A DNA stretch of 64,000 nt from Flavobacteriales bacterium (GCA_037443205.1 JBBIOU010000012.1:1570-65569); one strand, 5' to 3'. Positions 51,391 through 62,519 are shown, counted from the stretch's first letter. Notes: generated by a model from the letters alone, not told the origin. Numbers and translations: made by a program.

Positions 51391-53085
51391 ATGCAGCTAA
51401 GTAATAAAAAAGGAGTAGTTGAATTAGTAAATATACTGGCAACTAAAGCAATTAAACACGTAGTTTTATCGCCCGGCAGCAGAAACGCACCTTTATCATT
51501 AAGTTTTTATAACAACAGCGCTTTTGATGTTCTGGTTATTCCTGACGAAAGAAGCGCTGCTTACTTTGCCTTAGGCATGGCGCAACAATTACAAAGGCCT
51601 GTAGCTATTTGCTGTACATCAGGTACAGCAGCTCTTAACTACGCTCCGGCTATTGCAGAGGCTTACTACCAAAAAATACCCCTCATTATAATTACTGCAG
51701 ACAGACCTGACGCGTGGATTGATCAGGCAGACGGACAAACCATCCGACAAGAAAATATTTATTATAATTACATTAAAGCCTCTTACAGAATTAATGGTGA
51801 TGCCGAACATAAAGACGATTTGTGGTACGTTAACAGAACGATAAACGAAGCTGTAGAAAAATCTATGCAAGCCGCTCCCGGTCCTGTTCACATCAACGTT
51901 TCGTTAAATGAACCCTTATACCAAAAAACAAACCGGTTAAATACCCCTACACGGATTATACATACCATAAATAATGAATCGCAAATTGACAGCAAAAACA
52001 TAAATAAGTTAAAAAATATTTGGCAACATGCAAACAAAAAAATTATTTTATGTGGCATGCTTACTCCCGATCCCTCATTAAAAAAAATACTTGCAAATCT
52101 TTCGCAAAATTGCAAAACAGTTATACTCACCGAAACCACCTCTAATTTAACGGATAAAAATTTTATAAATTCTATAGACCGTACCATAGATACTATCAAC
52201 GTGCAGACATTCGAAAAATATAAACCTGATTTATTGATAACTATCGGTAATCCGGTTATATCTAAAAAAATCAAAAATTTTTTCAGAAACAATCAACCTA
52301 CTGAGCATTGGCACATAGAGGAAACCGAAGAAATAACCGATACATACCAAAGCCTTACCTACTTTATTAATACTTCACCCCAAAAGCTTTTAAGTTATTT
52401 TTTAATCGAAAAATCAAATTCAAGTAATGATTTTTACGAATCCTGGCATCAACTAAATAATAACAACTTACATAAACACCGGGAGTATCTTGCATCAGCC
52501 CCATACTGTGATTTAAAAGTATTCGAAGCTATTTCCGATAAATTGCCAGATAATTCTGTAGTACATTTGGGAAATAGCAGTCCGGTAAGATATATACAAT
52601 TGTTTAATCAAAAAGAAAATATAGAATGGTATTCAAACAGAGGTACTAGCGGTATAGACGGGTGCACTTCTACAGCAGCGGGTGCTGCATATATTCGTAA
52701 AGAAAAATTAAATATATTAATTACCGGTGATATAAGTTTTTTATACGATAGTAATGCCTTATGGAATAATTATCTGGAAAATAATTTAAAAATAATTGTA
52801 ATAAACAATAAAGGCGGAGGTATATTCAGAATAATTGATCGCCCCGAAAAAGAAGATGAATTGCAAAAACTTTTTGAAACCAGGCATCAAATGAATTTGA
52901 AAAAACTGGTAGAAGCTTTCGGCATTGATTATAGATTTGCATCAGATACAAGCACTTTAAATAATGAATTAGATCAGCTTTTTAAACCAAATAATAAACC
53001 CGTTGTTTTAGAAATAGAAACAAACCCCGAACTAAACGATAAAATTTTAAAGAATTATTTTGAACATTTAAAAAAACAATCATAA
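51391..53085 (+). CDS. menD: SEPHCHC synthase
   Basis: SPGSRNAPL, DERSAAYFALG, CTSGTA, NRGTSGIDG and GD.SF.YD motifs. Confidence 0.96.
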   Translation: MQLSNKKGVVELVNILATKAIKHVVLSPGSRNAPLSLSFYNNSAFDVLVIPDERSAAYFALGMAQQLQRPVAICCTSGTAALNYAPAIAEAYYQKIPLIIITADRPDAWIDQADGQTIRQENIYYNYIKASYRINGDAEHKDDLWYVNRTINEAVEKSMQAAPGPVHINVSLNEPLYQKTNRLNTPTRIIHTINNESQIDSKNINKLKNIWQHANKKIILCGMLTPDPSLKKILANLSQNCKTVILTETTSNLTDKNFINSIDRTIDTINVQTFEKYKPDLLITIGNPVISKKIKNFFRNNQPTEHWHIEETEEITDTYQSLTYFINTSPQKLLSYFLIEKSNSSNDFYESWHQLNNNNLHKHREYLASAPYCDLKVFEAISDKLPDNSVVHLGNSSPVRYIQLFNQKENIEWYSNRGTSGIDGCTSTAAGAAYIRKEKLNILITGDISFLYDSNALWNNYLENNLKIIVINNKGGGIFRIIDRPEKEDELQKLFETRHQMNLKKLVEAFGIDYRFASDTSTLNNELDQLFKPNNKPVVLEIETNPELNDKILKNYFEHLKKQS

Positions 53086-53088
53086 AAT

Positions 53089-53910
53089 ATGAGCAACAGA
53101 AACTGGAAAAAAATAAAAGATTATCAGGAAATTAAATTTGATTTTTTTGAAGGAATAGCTAAAATAACCATTAACCGGGCACATAAGCGAAACGCCTTCA
53201 CACCTCTCACCGTTACTGAGATGATTGATGCTATGCACGAATGTCGCGAAAACCCGGATATTGAAGTAATTATCTTAACCGGTGAGGGCGATAAAGCATT
53301 TTGTTCCGGGGGCGACCAATCTGTTCGCGGACATGGAGGTTATGTAGGAACAGATAAAATACCCCGATTAAACGTGCTGGATTTACAGAAAATGATTCGG
53401 TCTATACCTAAAGTGGTTATTGCTATGGTAAACGGTTATGCCATAGGTGGTGGGCATGTTTTACATGTGGTTTGCGATTTAAGCATTGCCTCCGATAATG
53501 CCATTTTCGGGCAAACCGGTCCGCGTGTCGGCAGCTTTGACGGGGGGTTTGGAGCCTCTTATCTGGCACGAATCGTTGGCCAGAAAAAAGCACGCGAAAT
53601 TTGGTATTTATGCAAGCAATATAATGCCAGCGAAGCTCTGGAAATGGGATTGGTAAATAAAGTTGTGCCTCTTGAAAAACTTGAAGATGAAACCATAGAA
53701 TGGTGCAAACTGATACAAGAAAAAAGCCCTTTAGCCATCAGGATGTTAAAGTCTGCATTTAATGCTGAACTTGATGGGCAAAGCGGCATACAGGAACTAG
53801 CCGGCAATGCCACCCTTTTATACTATCTTAGTGATGAAGCTAAAGAAGGAAAAAATGCCTATATGGAAAAACGCAAACCCGATTTTAAAAAATTCCCAAA
53901 GTTTCCTTAA
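53089..53910 (+). CDS. menB: 1,4-dihydroxy-2-naphthoyl-CoA synthase
   Basis: [16 protein letters not shown] and [13 protein letters not shown] motifs. Confidence 0.97.
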   Translation: MSNRNWKKIKDYQEIKFDFFEGIAKITINRAHKRNAFTPLTVTEMIDAMHECRENPDIEVIILTGEGDKAFCSGGDQSVRGHGGYVGTDKIPRLNVLDLQKMIRSIPKVVIAMVNGYAIGGGHVLHVVCDLSIASDNAIFGQTGPRVGSFDGGFGASYLARIVGQKKAREIWYLCKQYNASEALEMGLVNKVVPLEKLEDETIEWCKLIQEKSPLAIRMLKSAFNAELDGQSGIQELAGNATLLYYLSDEAKEGKNAYMEKRKPDFKKFPKFP

Positions 53911-53919
53911 ATTTGCTGC

Positions 53920-54168
53920 GTGATTAAAAAAGTAGCCATATTATGTTTAATTCTGCTTATTGCACATACATTTGCGGGCGCGCAATGCTCTATGTGCAAA
54001 GCAGTAGCAGAGTCAGGCAGTGCCGGTAAGGATATGCAATCAATGGGTCAGCAATTAAATTATGGAATATTATATTTAATGGCTATTCCCTATTTAATAT
54101 TGTTTTTTCTGTTCAGAAAAAAGATTTTCAGTTTTTTTTCTGAGATGAAAAGCATTTACAAAAAATAA
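53920..54168 (+). CDS. Small membrane protein with AQCSMCKA motif
   Basis: Signal peptide, CxxC motif and LNYGILYLMAIPY TM segment; resembles a recurring Bacteroidota small protein. Confidence 0.75.
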   Translation: MIKKVAILCLILLIAHTFAGAQCSMCKAVAESGSAGKDMQSMGQQLNYGILYLMAIPYLILFFLFRKKIFSFFSEMKSIYKK

Positions 54169-54186
54169 ATATCGTTCTTTAAAAAA

Positions 54187-54335
54187 TACTTATCAAGAGG
54201 GGTGGAGAGGCAGGCTCTGAGAAACCCCGGCAAAGTGAAAAAACTTTTTAAAAAAAGAGATTTAAGACTGTAAAATACTTACAGGTTTTCACCAGTGCCA
54301 ATTCCTGTTCCCGATTAATTGGGAGAAGATAAGTC
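54187..54335 (+). ncRNA. SAM-I (S-box) riboswitch aptamer
   Basis: P1 ACTTATC(54188-54194)/GATAAGT(54328-54334); ATCAAGAG; P2 GGGT..ACCC with CAGG loop pairing to CCTG; P3 GGCA/TGCC; P4 TCCCGA/TTGGGA. Lies directly upstream of metH. Confidence 0.9.
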
Positions 54336-54362
54336 GGTTAAGATTTTAAAATTTAAAAACTA

Positions 54363-54394
54363 AAAAATCCCACCCGACATCGGGTGGGATTTTT
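54363..54394 (+). terminator. Riboswitch expression-platform terminator
   Basis: Perfect 14-bp stem AAAAATCCCACCCG-ACAT-CGGGTGGGATTTTT, ending 9 bp before the metH ATG. Confidence 0.85.
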
Positions 54395-54403
54395 AATTTA
54401 ATT

Positions 54404-57400
54404 ATGGATATAAAAAAAGATTTACAACAACGAGTTTTAGTAATTGATGGTGCTATGGGTACCATGATTCAGCGTTATAAATTACAAGAGGCTGATTATC
54501 GAGGTGAGCGTTTTAAAGACTGGGAAAGTGATTTAAAAGGTAATAACGATTTGCTCGTACTTACTCAGCCAAATATTATTAAAGAAATTCATAAGCAGTA
54601 TATTTATGCAGGAGCAGATATTATAGAAACAAACACCTTTAACGCACAAAAAATTTCATTAGCCGATTATCGCATGGAACATCTGGCTTATGAAATAAAC
54701 TTTGAAGCTGCAAAAATTGCAAAACAAGCTGTAGTTGAATTTATCTCCTCCCCTAATGGGGGAGGTAGGGAGGGGGTGGTATATGTAGCAGGAGCAATAG
54801 GGCCAACCAATCGAACCTTATCATTATCGCCCGATGTAAATAATCCGGGTTATCGCGCCATTAAATGGGACGAACTGGTAGATGCTTATATAGAACAGGT
54901 AAATGGTTTAGTTGATGGAGGTGTTGATTTACTGCTTGTAGAAACAATTTTTGATACTCTTAATGCAAAAGCTGCGTTATTTGCCATTCAATCGGTGTTT
55001 GAACATAAAAAGGTAGAATTGCCGATTATGATTTCGGGAACCATTACCGATGCAAGCGGAAGAACATTGAGCGGACAAACGGTAGAAGCCTTTTTAAATT
55101 CTGTTTCGCATGTAAATCTTTTAAGTATCGGATTAAACTGCGCATTAGGAGCAAAAGATATGCGTCCCTATTTAAAAGAGCTTTCTGAAAAAGCTCCCTT
55201 TTATATAAGCGCATATCCTAATGCAGGATTACCCAATCAGTTTGGCGAGTATGACGAAAGTCCGCATGATATGGCTTGCCAGATTCACGATTTTTTAGAA
55301 AGCGGATTTGTAAATATTGTTGGTGGTTGCTGCGGAACTACGCCTGAACATATTGCACATATAGCAGAACATGCACGTAATTCAAAACCCAGAAAAATTC
55401 CCAATGTTGAACCATACTTGCGCTTAAGCGGTTTGGAAGCCGTAACGCTTCGTCCTGACAGTAATTTTATGAATATTGGAGAGCGCACAAATGTTACAGG
55501 CTCTAAAAAATTTGCACGATTAATTTTAGAAGGTAAATATGATGAGGCGCTCACGGTAGCACGCGAACAAGTAGAAGGAGGAGCACAAGTAATTGATATT
55601 TGCATGGACGAAGGTATGCTCGATGCCGTAGAAGCCATGACAACTTTTTTAAATTTAATTGCTTCAGAACCCGATATTGCCCGTGTTCCGATAATGATTG
55701 ATTCATCAAAATTCTATGTTATTGAAGCTGGTTTAAAATGTATTCAAGGAAAAGGGATCGTAAACTCAATTTCGCTAAAAGAAGGTGAAAAAGAATTTAT
55801 CCGACAAGCCAAACTGGTTAAAAAATATGGTGCCGCAACCGTAGTTATGGCCTTTGATGAAGAAGGGCAAGCCGATACATTACAACGCAGAATAGATATT
55901 TGCAAACGCGCTTATGATATTTTAGTTAACAAAGTAAATTTTCCTCCGCAAGATATCATCTTCGATCCAAATATCTTTCCTGTTGCAACGGGAATGGAAG
56001 AACACCGAAAAAATGCCATTGATTTTTTTGAAGCAACACGCTGGATAAAACAAAATCTTCCATTAGCAAAAGTTAGCGGTGGAGTAAGTAATGTTTCGTT
56101 TTCATTTAGAGGAAATGATATTGTGCGTGAAGCCATACATTCCGCATTTTTATATCATGGAATCAAATCCGGAATGGATATGGGAATTGTAAACCCATCG
56201 CAATTGCAGGTTTATGATGAAATAGATAAAGAGTTATTAAAATTGGTAGAAGATGTATTGCTTGATAGAAAAGATGATGCTACTGAAAAATTAATCAGCT
56301 ATGCCGAAAAAATAAAAGCACAAAAAACAGGGGGAAAAGAAAAAGAAAGTGAAAAAAATATTTGGAGAAATTTATCCTTACAAGAACGCATTACTCATTC
56401 CTTAGTAAAAGGAATTGATGATTTTGTAGAAGTTGATATGCAGGAAGCATTGCAAAAATATGCTTCTCCCCTTGAAATAATAGAAGGACCTTTAATGGCC
56501 GGAATGAATGTAGTAGGAGATTTATTTGGCAGTGGAAAAATGTTTTTACCTCAGGTAGTAAAAAGTGCACGTGTAATGAAAAAAGCTGTTGCATATTTGC
56601 AACCTTTTATTGAAGCCTCAAAAGTTAAAGGAGAGCGTTCAAATACTGGAAAAGTCCTTATAGCTACCGTAAAAGGCGATGTTCACGATATTGGAAAAAA
56701 TATTGTAGCAGTGGTATTGGGCTGTAATAATTATGAAGTTATTGATTTGGGAGTAATGGTACCTGCCGAAAAAATTCTGGAAACTGCTCGCAAAGAAAAT
56801 GTAGATATTATTGGATTAAGCGGATTAATTACTCCATCATTAGATGAAATGGTTTATGTAGCAAAAGAAATGGAGCGACAAGGATTTAATATCCCCTTAT
56901 TAATCGGAGGAGCTACAACATCTAAAGTGCATACAGCTGTAAAGATAGAACCCAACTATACCAAAGGCCCTGTTGTGCACGTACTTGATGCTTCTCGTTC
57001 AGTTCCTGTTGCCGGAAGTCTTTTAAATAACGAAAAGGAAAGTTTTATTAAATCAGTTAAAGATGAATACGCTAAAATGCGCGAGCATTACAGTAAACAT
57101 AAAGACAACAAAAATTTTATTAACTTAAATGAAGCACGTAAAAATAAGTTTGCAATAGATTGGAATAAAAACGATGTTGTAACACCCAAAAAATTAGGCA
57201 TAACAGTTTTTCAGGATATTGATTTATCTGTTTTAATAAATTATATTGATTGGACACCCTTTTTTCAAACATGGGAATTGGCAGGGAAATTTCCTAAAAT
57301 ATTAGAAGATGAAATAGTTGGTGCAGAAGCTAAAAAGCTTTTTGCAGATGCAAACGCAATGCTAAATAAAATTATTTCTGAAAAATGGATTACGGCAAAT

Positions 57401-58093
57401 GCTGTTATAGGCTTGTTTCCGGCAAATACCGTTAATTATGATGATATAGAAATTTATAAAGACGAAACACGAACAAAAGTTATTGCCATAAATCATAATT
57501 TACGTCAGCAAACACAAAAAGCACAAGGGGCTTATAATATGTGTTTGTCAGATTTTGTAGCCCCTAAAGAAAGCGGCATAAAAGATTACATTGGGGCATT
57601 TGTAGTTACTGCCGGTATAGGTATTGAAAAATGGATAGAAAAATTCGAAAAAGAACATGATGATTACAGCAGCATATTATTAAAAGCCTTGGCTGATAGA
57701 TTAGCTGAAGCTTTGGCAGAATATATGCATGAGCGAGTTAGGAAAGAACATTGGGGTTATGCACAAAATGAGAATTTAGATAATGAATCCCTCATAAAAG
57801 AAGCCTATCAAGGTATTAGACCGGCACCGGGTTATCCTGCCTGCCCTGATCATACTGAAAAAATTACCTTGTTTAATTTATTAAATGCCGAACAAAATGT
57901 TGGTGTAAAATTAACTGAAAGTTTAGCTATGTATCCGGCTGCATCAGTAAGTGGATGGTATTTTGCACATCCTAAAGCACAATATTTTGGTTTAGGTAAA
58001 ATTGAAAAAGACCAAGTGGAAGATTTAGCGAAAAGAAAAGAACAAAGTATTCAAATTATTGAAAAGTGGTTATCTCCTGCTTTGGCTTATTAA
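54404..58093 (+). CDS. metH: Cobalamin-dependent methionine synthase
   Basis: [35 protein letters not shown] and [10 protein letters not shown] motifs. Confidence 0.97.
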   Translation: MDIKKDLQQRVLVIDGAMGTMIQRYKLQEADYRGERFKDWESDLKGNNDLLVLTQPNIIKEIHKQYIYAGADIIETNTFNAQKISLADYRMEHLAYEINFEAAKIAKQAVVEFISSPNGGGREGVVYVAGAIGPTNRTLSLSPDVNNPGYRAIKWDELVDAYIEQVNGLVDGGVDLLLVETIFDTLNAKAALFAIQSVFEHKKVELPIMISGTITDASGRTLSGQTVEAFLNSVSHVNLLSIGLNCALGAKDMRPYLKELSEKAPFYISAYPNAGLPNQFGEYDESPHDMACQIHDFLESGFVNIVGGCCGTTPEHIAHIAEHARNSKPRKIPNVEPYLRLSGLEAVTLRPDSNFMNIGERTNVTGSKKFARLILEGKYDEALTVAREQVEGGAQVIDICMDEGMLDAVEAMTTFLNLIASEPDIARVPIMIDSSKFYVIEAGLKCIQGKGIVNSISLKEGEKEFIRQAKLVKKYGAATVVMAFDEEGQADTLQRRIDICKRAYDILVNKVNFPPQDIIFDPNIFPVATGMEEHRKNAIDFFEATRWIKQNLPLAKVSGGVSNVSFSFRGNDIVREAIHSAFLYHGIKSGMDMGIVNPSQLQVYDEIDKELLKLVEDVLLDRKDDATEKLISYAEKIKAQKTGGKEKESEKNIWRNLSLQERITHSLVKGIDDFVEVDMQEALQKYASPLEIIEGPLMAGMNVVGDLFGSGKMFLPQVVKSARVMKKAVAYLQPFIEASKVKGERSNTGKVLIATVKGDVHDIGKNIVAVVLGCNNYEVIDLGVMVPAEKILETARKENVDIIGLSGLITPSLDEMVYVAKEMERQGFNIPLLIGGATTSKVHTAVKIEPNYTKGPVVHVLDASRSVPVAGSLLNNEKESFIKSVKDEYAKMREHYSKHKDNKNFINLNEARKNKFAIDWNKNDVVTPKKLGITVFQDIDLSVLINYIDWTPFFQTWELAGKFPKILEDEIVGAEAKKLFADANAMLNKIISEKWITANAVIGLFPANTVNYDDIEIYKDETRTKVIAINHNLRQQTQKAQGAYNMCLSDFVAPKESGIKDYIGAFVVTAGIGIEKWIEKFEKEHDDYSSILLKALADRLAEALAEYMHERVRKEHWGYAQNENLDNESLIKEAYQGIRPAPGYPACPDHTEKITLFNLLNAEQNVGVKLTESLAMYPAASVSGWYFAHPKAQYFGLGKIEKDQVEDLAKRKEQSIQIIEKWLSPALAY
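54745..54776. repeat. GC-rich palindromic REP-like element, in-frame in metH
   Basis: CTCCTCCCCTAATGGGGGAGGTAGGGAGGGGG: hairpin CCTCCCC/GGGGAGG followed by a G-rich tail, translated as [10 protein letters not shown]. Confidence 0.6.
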
Positions 58094-58101
58094 GTTTATC
58101 T

Positions 58102-58563
58102 TTATCCTCTTAATCGATCAATAGCTTTGATAAGTTTCTCGTCTTTTTTTATGGCCTTGTTGGCTAACAACAGAAAGGCTAATGATACTACCGGTAAAAA
58201 AAATCCTAAACCATAACTGATTGTAACATCCTGATTTTGCAAAAAATATTTAGTGGTATTTTCCGCGCTAAAATAGATAAATACAATCAAGGCAATATGC
58301 AACAGGGTATTAAATCGGTTAATAATTAATTGTGCCTTTCTGTTTTTAAACATAAATATTGCAAAAAAACTAAATAAAGCCAATGCCGGTATAATGATCC
58401 GGTAAGGCACAGACACAACATTTTTATCATTGATAAATATGCCCTGAATATTAAAATCGTAAAAAGTATCGGCAGTATAAATTTTTGCGAAAGAAAAATA
58501 ATAACATAAAAACACACATATCGATGCAAGTAATAAATAAATGGATTGAATTCTTTGAATCAT
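58102..58563 (-). CDS. DUF4293 family membrane protein
   Basis: MIQRIQSIYL, IF.FKNRK.Q and AIKKDEKLI...DRLR motifs. Confidence 0.85.
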   Translation of the reverse strand: MIQRIQSIYLLLASICVFLCYYFSFAKIYTADTFYDFNIQGIFINDKNVVSVPYRIIIPALALFSFFAIFMFKNRKAQLIINRFNTLLHIALIVFIYFSAENTTKYFLQNQDVTISYGLGFFLPVVSLAFLLLANKAIKKDEKLIKAIDRLRG

Positions 58564-60302
58564 GACGATTTAATTTTATTAATTTGTGATGATACAAAGG
58601 CCGCAATATCTTTAACATAATTGCTTGTGAAATCAAAGTTTATTCCGGCTGTATTATATATTTCGGGTATGGATTTAGTATATCCTAAAGATAATGCTTC
58701 AGCATATTTTTTAACCGTTTTATCTTTATCAATTAAATAATTTCTCCAAAGTGCAATAGCTCCCAATTGAGCCATGCCATATTCTATGTAATAGAAAGGC
58801 ACTTCAAAAATATGTAATTGCTTATGCCATGATTTTTTAAGCGCATCTTCTAAACCGCTGTAATCAATTATACCTGTGCTAAATTCATCAAGAATTTCTT
58901 TCCATTTATTATTGCGTTGTTCAATGGTATGGAAAGGATTTTCATAAATCCAGTGTTGAAATTTATCTACGATAGCTATCCAGGGTAGAATTGATAATAT
59001 TTTTTCTAATTGATCGAGTTTGGCGCGTTTTAAATCATCCTTATCAGGATAAAATATGTCCCAATAATCCATAGACATTAATTCCATACTCATAGAAGCA
59101 AGTTCGGCTATTTCGCTGGGAGTAGATTTAAAAGCTGTTAGTTCTAGATTATTGCTTAAAAAAGAATGAACGGCATGACCACCTTCATGCATCATGGTTA
59201 TCATATCTTGCTGTGTACCTGCTGCATTCATAAAGATAAATGGTGCGACAGTTTCATATAGCGGATAATTATAACCTCCGGGAGCCTTACCGTCTTTTGA
59301 ATCTAAATCTAATCTTTTCATTTCCTTCATCACAGCCAGACATTTACCAAAATAAGGATAAATTTTAGCGAATACCCGTATGCTCCTTTCAATTAAATCT
59401 TCTGAATTTTTAAATGGTTTTAAAGGATTTTTTCCTGCTATATCTACCTCTACGTCCCATGGTTTTAATACATCATATCCTAATACTTTTTTTCTATATA
59501 TGGCAAATTCTTTAATAACGGGTAATATTTCAGTTTTTATACTTTCATGAAATTTAAAACAATCTTCTTTAGTATAATCAAATCTGCCTAATGCATCAAA
59601 CATATAATCTCTATAATTTTTATATCCTGCGTTTAAGGCTATCTGATGTCGTAATTTAAGTAATTCATTAAATAAATTATCTAACTTATCAGCGTCTTTC
59701 AGTCTTGTTTCAGTCATTTTCAGATATATCAATTCTCGTATATCACGATTAGTAGATTTTAAATATACCGCTGCCTGAGGCATAGTAAGCTTTTGCTCGT
59801 TATACTCAATATATTGAGCTCCTGTTATGGCTCCGTATGTTTGCGAGAGTGATGATATTTTAGCATGTAACTCAACATTTTCTTCGCGATATAATTTTAA
59901 ACTATTTTTTACTGACCTGAAATAAATATTGAATCCTTGTTTATCAGAAAGGGGTTCAAAACCGGTACTTTGGATTAATTTTCTGTTTAGTTTATCGGTA
60001 AACTTAGCTATGTGAGGCTCTATTTCGGTAATAAAAAAATTATAAGATGCCGCAGCTTTTTCATCTTTGGTATTGATTGTTGTGCGTATATATCTCCATG
60101 CACCTTCTTCTTCAATAGCAGCCTCTAATTCGCTTCTGTACCTAAGCCAGTTTAATAAATCTTCTTCATTATTTATATTAAACTTTAATAAGTCATCAAA
60201 AAAAAACTCAATATTTTTCCATGCGTCAAACGAAATGTTACCCGGCAAAAAATGACGTATAGGTTTATTTAATATTTCTTGTTGAATTAAATCAGATAGC
60301 AC
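58560..60302 (-). CDS. M3 family oligoendopeptidase (PepF-like)
   Basis: KAPGGY, HEGGH, EIAELASM.ME and HIFEVPFYYIEY motifs. Confidence 0.92.
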   Translation of the reverse strand: MLSDLIQQEILNKPIRHFLPGNISFDAWKNIEFFFDDLLKFNINNEEDLLNWLRYRSELEAAIEEEGAWRYIRTTINTKDEKAAASYNFFITEIEPHIAKFTDKLNRKLIQSTGFEPLSDKQGFNIYFRSVKNSLKLYREENVELHAKISSLSQTYGAITGAQYIEYNEQKLTMPQAAVYLKSTNRDIRELIYLKMTETRLKDADKLDNLFNELLKLRHQIALNAGYKNYRDYMFDALGRFDYTKEDCFKFHESIKTEILPVIKEFAIYRKKVLGYDVLKPWDVEVDIAGKNPLKPFKNSEDLIERSIRVFAKIYPYFGKCLAVMKEMKRLDLDSKDGKAPGGYNYPLYETVAPFIFMNAAGTQQDMITMMHEGGHAVHSFLSNNLELTAFKSTPSEIAELASMSMELMSMDYWDIFYPDKDDLKRAKLDQLEKILSILPWIAIVDKFQHWIYENPFHTIEQRNNKWKEILDEFSTGIIDYSGLEDALKKSWHKQLHIFEVPFYYIEYGMAQLGAIALWRNYLIDKDKTVKKYAEALSLGYTKSIPEIYNTAGINFDFTSNYVKDIAAFVSSQINKIKSS

Positions 60303-60316
60303 TAAAATATGAATTT

Positions 60317-60931
60317 CTATTTTGATGAATCTTTTTGTGTAACAGATTTCTTTTTAGCAGTTTTTTTCACAGTAGTATCAGTATCAGAGGCCTTTTTACT
60401 GCTTTTTTTGCCGGCTGTTGATTTTTTGGTTCTCGGTTGTTTTAATTCGGAATTTGAATCATTTTCGGGTTTACTCGCAATTTCATCTGTCGCTTTGTTA
60501 TCTGCCGAATTATCTTCTTGCTTGTTTTTATTATCTGCTTCTTCTGCTAATTTTTTCAAGGTTCCTGATGATTGCAATATATCATACCAGGTGAATAATT
60601 TTTTTAAATCGGAGTTAAAAACTCTGTCTTGGTCAAAGTTAGGTACTATCTGTTCAAAATACTTTCTTAATTCAGATCCTTCTTTGGATGGCTCAATTGC
60701 TTTACCTCCCTTTTCTTTTTCGTATATTTTTTTTATTACTTCAGAAAGTTTAATATCTTCATCTGTTGTAAACATGGTAATGTCTTCCAGGGCACTTATT
60801 TTATTTGAAGTAAATGCAGGAAACCTTTTTCCGTCAATCAATGATTCAACAATTAAAGTGTTTTTCCCTTGTCCTATTACCTTAAACAAGCCCGATTTTC
60901 CTGAAATTGAAATGATACCTTTTAAATCCAT
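60317..60931 (-). CDS. DUF5606-like protein with Lys-rich C-terminal tail
   Basis: ISISGKSGLF...IVESL.DGKR...ISALEDI and FDQDRV..SDLKK...WY motifs. Confidence 0.8.
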   Translation of the reverse strand: MDLKGIISISGKSGLFKVIGQGKNTLIVESLIDGKRFPAFTSNKISALEDITMFTTDEDIKLSEVIKKIYEKEKGGKAIEPSKEGSELRKYFEQIVPNFDQDRVFNSDLKKLFTWYDILQSSGTLKKLAEEADNKNKQEDNSADNKATDEIASKPENDSNSELKQPRTKKSTAGKKSSKKASDTDTTVKKTAKKKSVTQKDSSK

Positions 60932-61034
60932 TTTTATATTTTATTATTTTTAAAGGACAACAAAAATAATAATAATTACCTGAATTAAAGTGTTTGTTAT
61001 TAAAAATTTGAATATCAGATATTTGAAACACATT

Positions 61035-62519
61035 TTATTTATGTAAGTAATGTATTAAAGAAGTTAAGCCAACCGTAAAAAAGCCTAAACCTATCAACGT
61101 AAAAAAGGGTATGCTTAGGTAATTGTTCCAGCAAATAACTAAAAACAAAGCGAACACAAAATACAGCCCCAAAATAAGTTCCGGCACAACCATTTTAGGA
61201 AACTTAGCTGAGCGATATGTTTTGTCGGTATAGCTATCATTATTATTAATAATATTAAATTTAGGTGTTCTTACAAAGCTCGATTTTTTTTGTATGTATG
61301 CTTCAAAAACGCCAAGAGCGTTGTATAATGATAAGCCCATGGTAATAGATAAAAATAAAGGGAATAATAATACAAATGAAAAGATGGCGATAAGTTTACT
61401 TTTAGCTGCATGATAATATGCCAGAAAATAAAAAAGTGTAATAATGCCCAGTGCCGTATAATAGATTATAAATAAAGAAAACAAATTATTCCATTCAGGA
61501 TAATTTTGTATGATATAGATTACAGGTAAACTTAATAATCCGATTGCGAAAATACAGATAAATAAAAAGCTGTTAAACAGATGAAAAAACGCATGCAATT
61601 TGGCAGCAACCGGTATATTGCTTTTAAAAACCGCTCTCATATTTTTCACGACACATTCAGCAGCTCCTTTGCTCCACCTGTATTGCTGAGCCTTAAGGGC
61701 ATTCATTTCTACGGGGAGTTCGGCAGGCGAAACAATATTTTTTACATATACTATTTGCCAGTTTTTTAACTGAGCCCTGTAACTTAAATCTAAATCTTCT
61801 GTAAGCGTATCAGCGCTCCATCCACCGGAATTTATAATACATTCTTTTCGCCATATTCCTGCAGTTCCGTTAAAATTGATAAAATAATTACCTGCATTGC
61901 GCGCAGTTTGTTCTATAATAAAATGTGCATCTAATGCCATCGCCTGCAAGCGGGTAAGTAATGAATAACTTTTGTTTAGATGCCCCCAGCGTGTTTGCAC
62001 ACAACCTACTTTAGGATCAGTAAAAAATGGAATGGTATGGTATAAAAAGTGTTTATCGGGAATAAAATCTGCATCAAATACGGCTATAAATTCACCTTTA
62101 GCTGATTGAAGCCCATAAGCCAATGCACCGGCTTTAAATCCTGAGCGATTATTTCTTTGGATATGTTTGATATCAAATCCTTTTATTTGATATTCTTTAA
62201 TTAATTGTGCTGCAATCTCAAAAGTTTCGTCAGTAGAATCATCTAACACCTGTATTTCTATTTTATCAGTAGGGTATTGTATATTTACTACTGCTTCTAT
62301 CAATCTTTTTACTACGTATTTCTCATTATAAACAGGTAATTGTATAGTAACAATGGGTAAATCTGATTGATCAAAATTTTTGATGATGTTTTTTTGTTGC
62401 TTAGCTTTTTTTGCTGCTTTAAATATAAACAATAGCATCAACCACAATTGCACAAAACTATATAAAAGTATAAATGTTAGAAAAAACACGTACAATATAA
62501 CCGGTAAAAGATATATCAT
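61035..62519 (-). CDS. GT2 cellulose-synthase-like membrane glycosyltransferase
   Basis: QLPVYNE, DDSTD, KAGAL, FDADF, TED and QQYRW (D,D,D,QxxRW) motifs with TM helices. Confidence 0.9.
   Translation of the reverse strand: MIYLLPVILYVFFLTFILLYSFVQLWLMLLFIFKAAKKAKQQKNIIKNFDQSDLPIVTIQLPVYNEKYVVKRLIEAVVNIQYPTDKIEIQVLDDSTDETFEIAAQLIKEYQIKGFDIKHIQRNNRSGFKAGALAYGLQSAKGEFIAVFDADFIPDKHFLYHTIPFFTDPKVGCVQTRWGHLNKSYSLLTRLQAMALDAHFIIEQTARNAGNYFINFNGTAGIWRKECIINSGGWSADTLTEDLDLSYRAQLKNWQIVYVKNIVSPAELPVEMNALKAQQYRWSKGAAECVVKNMRAVFKSNIPVAAKLHAFFHLFNSFLFICIFAIGLLSLPVIYIIQNYPEWNNLFSLFIIYYTALGIITLFYFLAYYHAAKSKLIAIFSFVLLFPLFLSITMGLSLYNALGVFEAYIQKKSSFVRTPKFNIINNNDSYTDKTYRSAKFPKMVVPELILGLYFVFALFLVICWNNYLSIPFFTLIGLGFFTVGLTSLIHYLHK

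Noticed and set aside
60309-60953. 214-aa + strand ORF
   Set aside because: Antisense shadow of the DUF5606-like gene; the F/S/L-rich sequence mirrors K/E codons and has no motifs.
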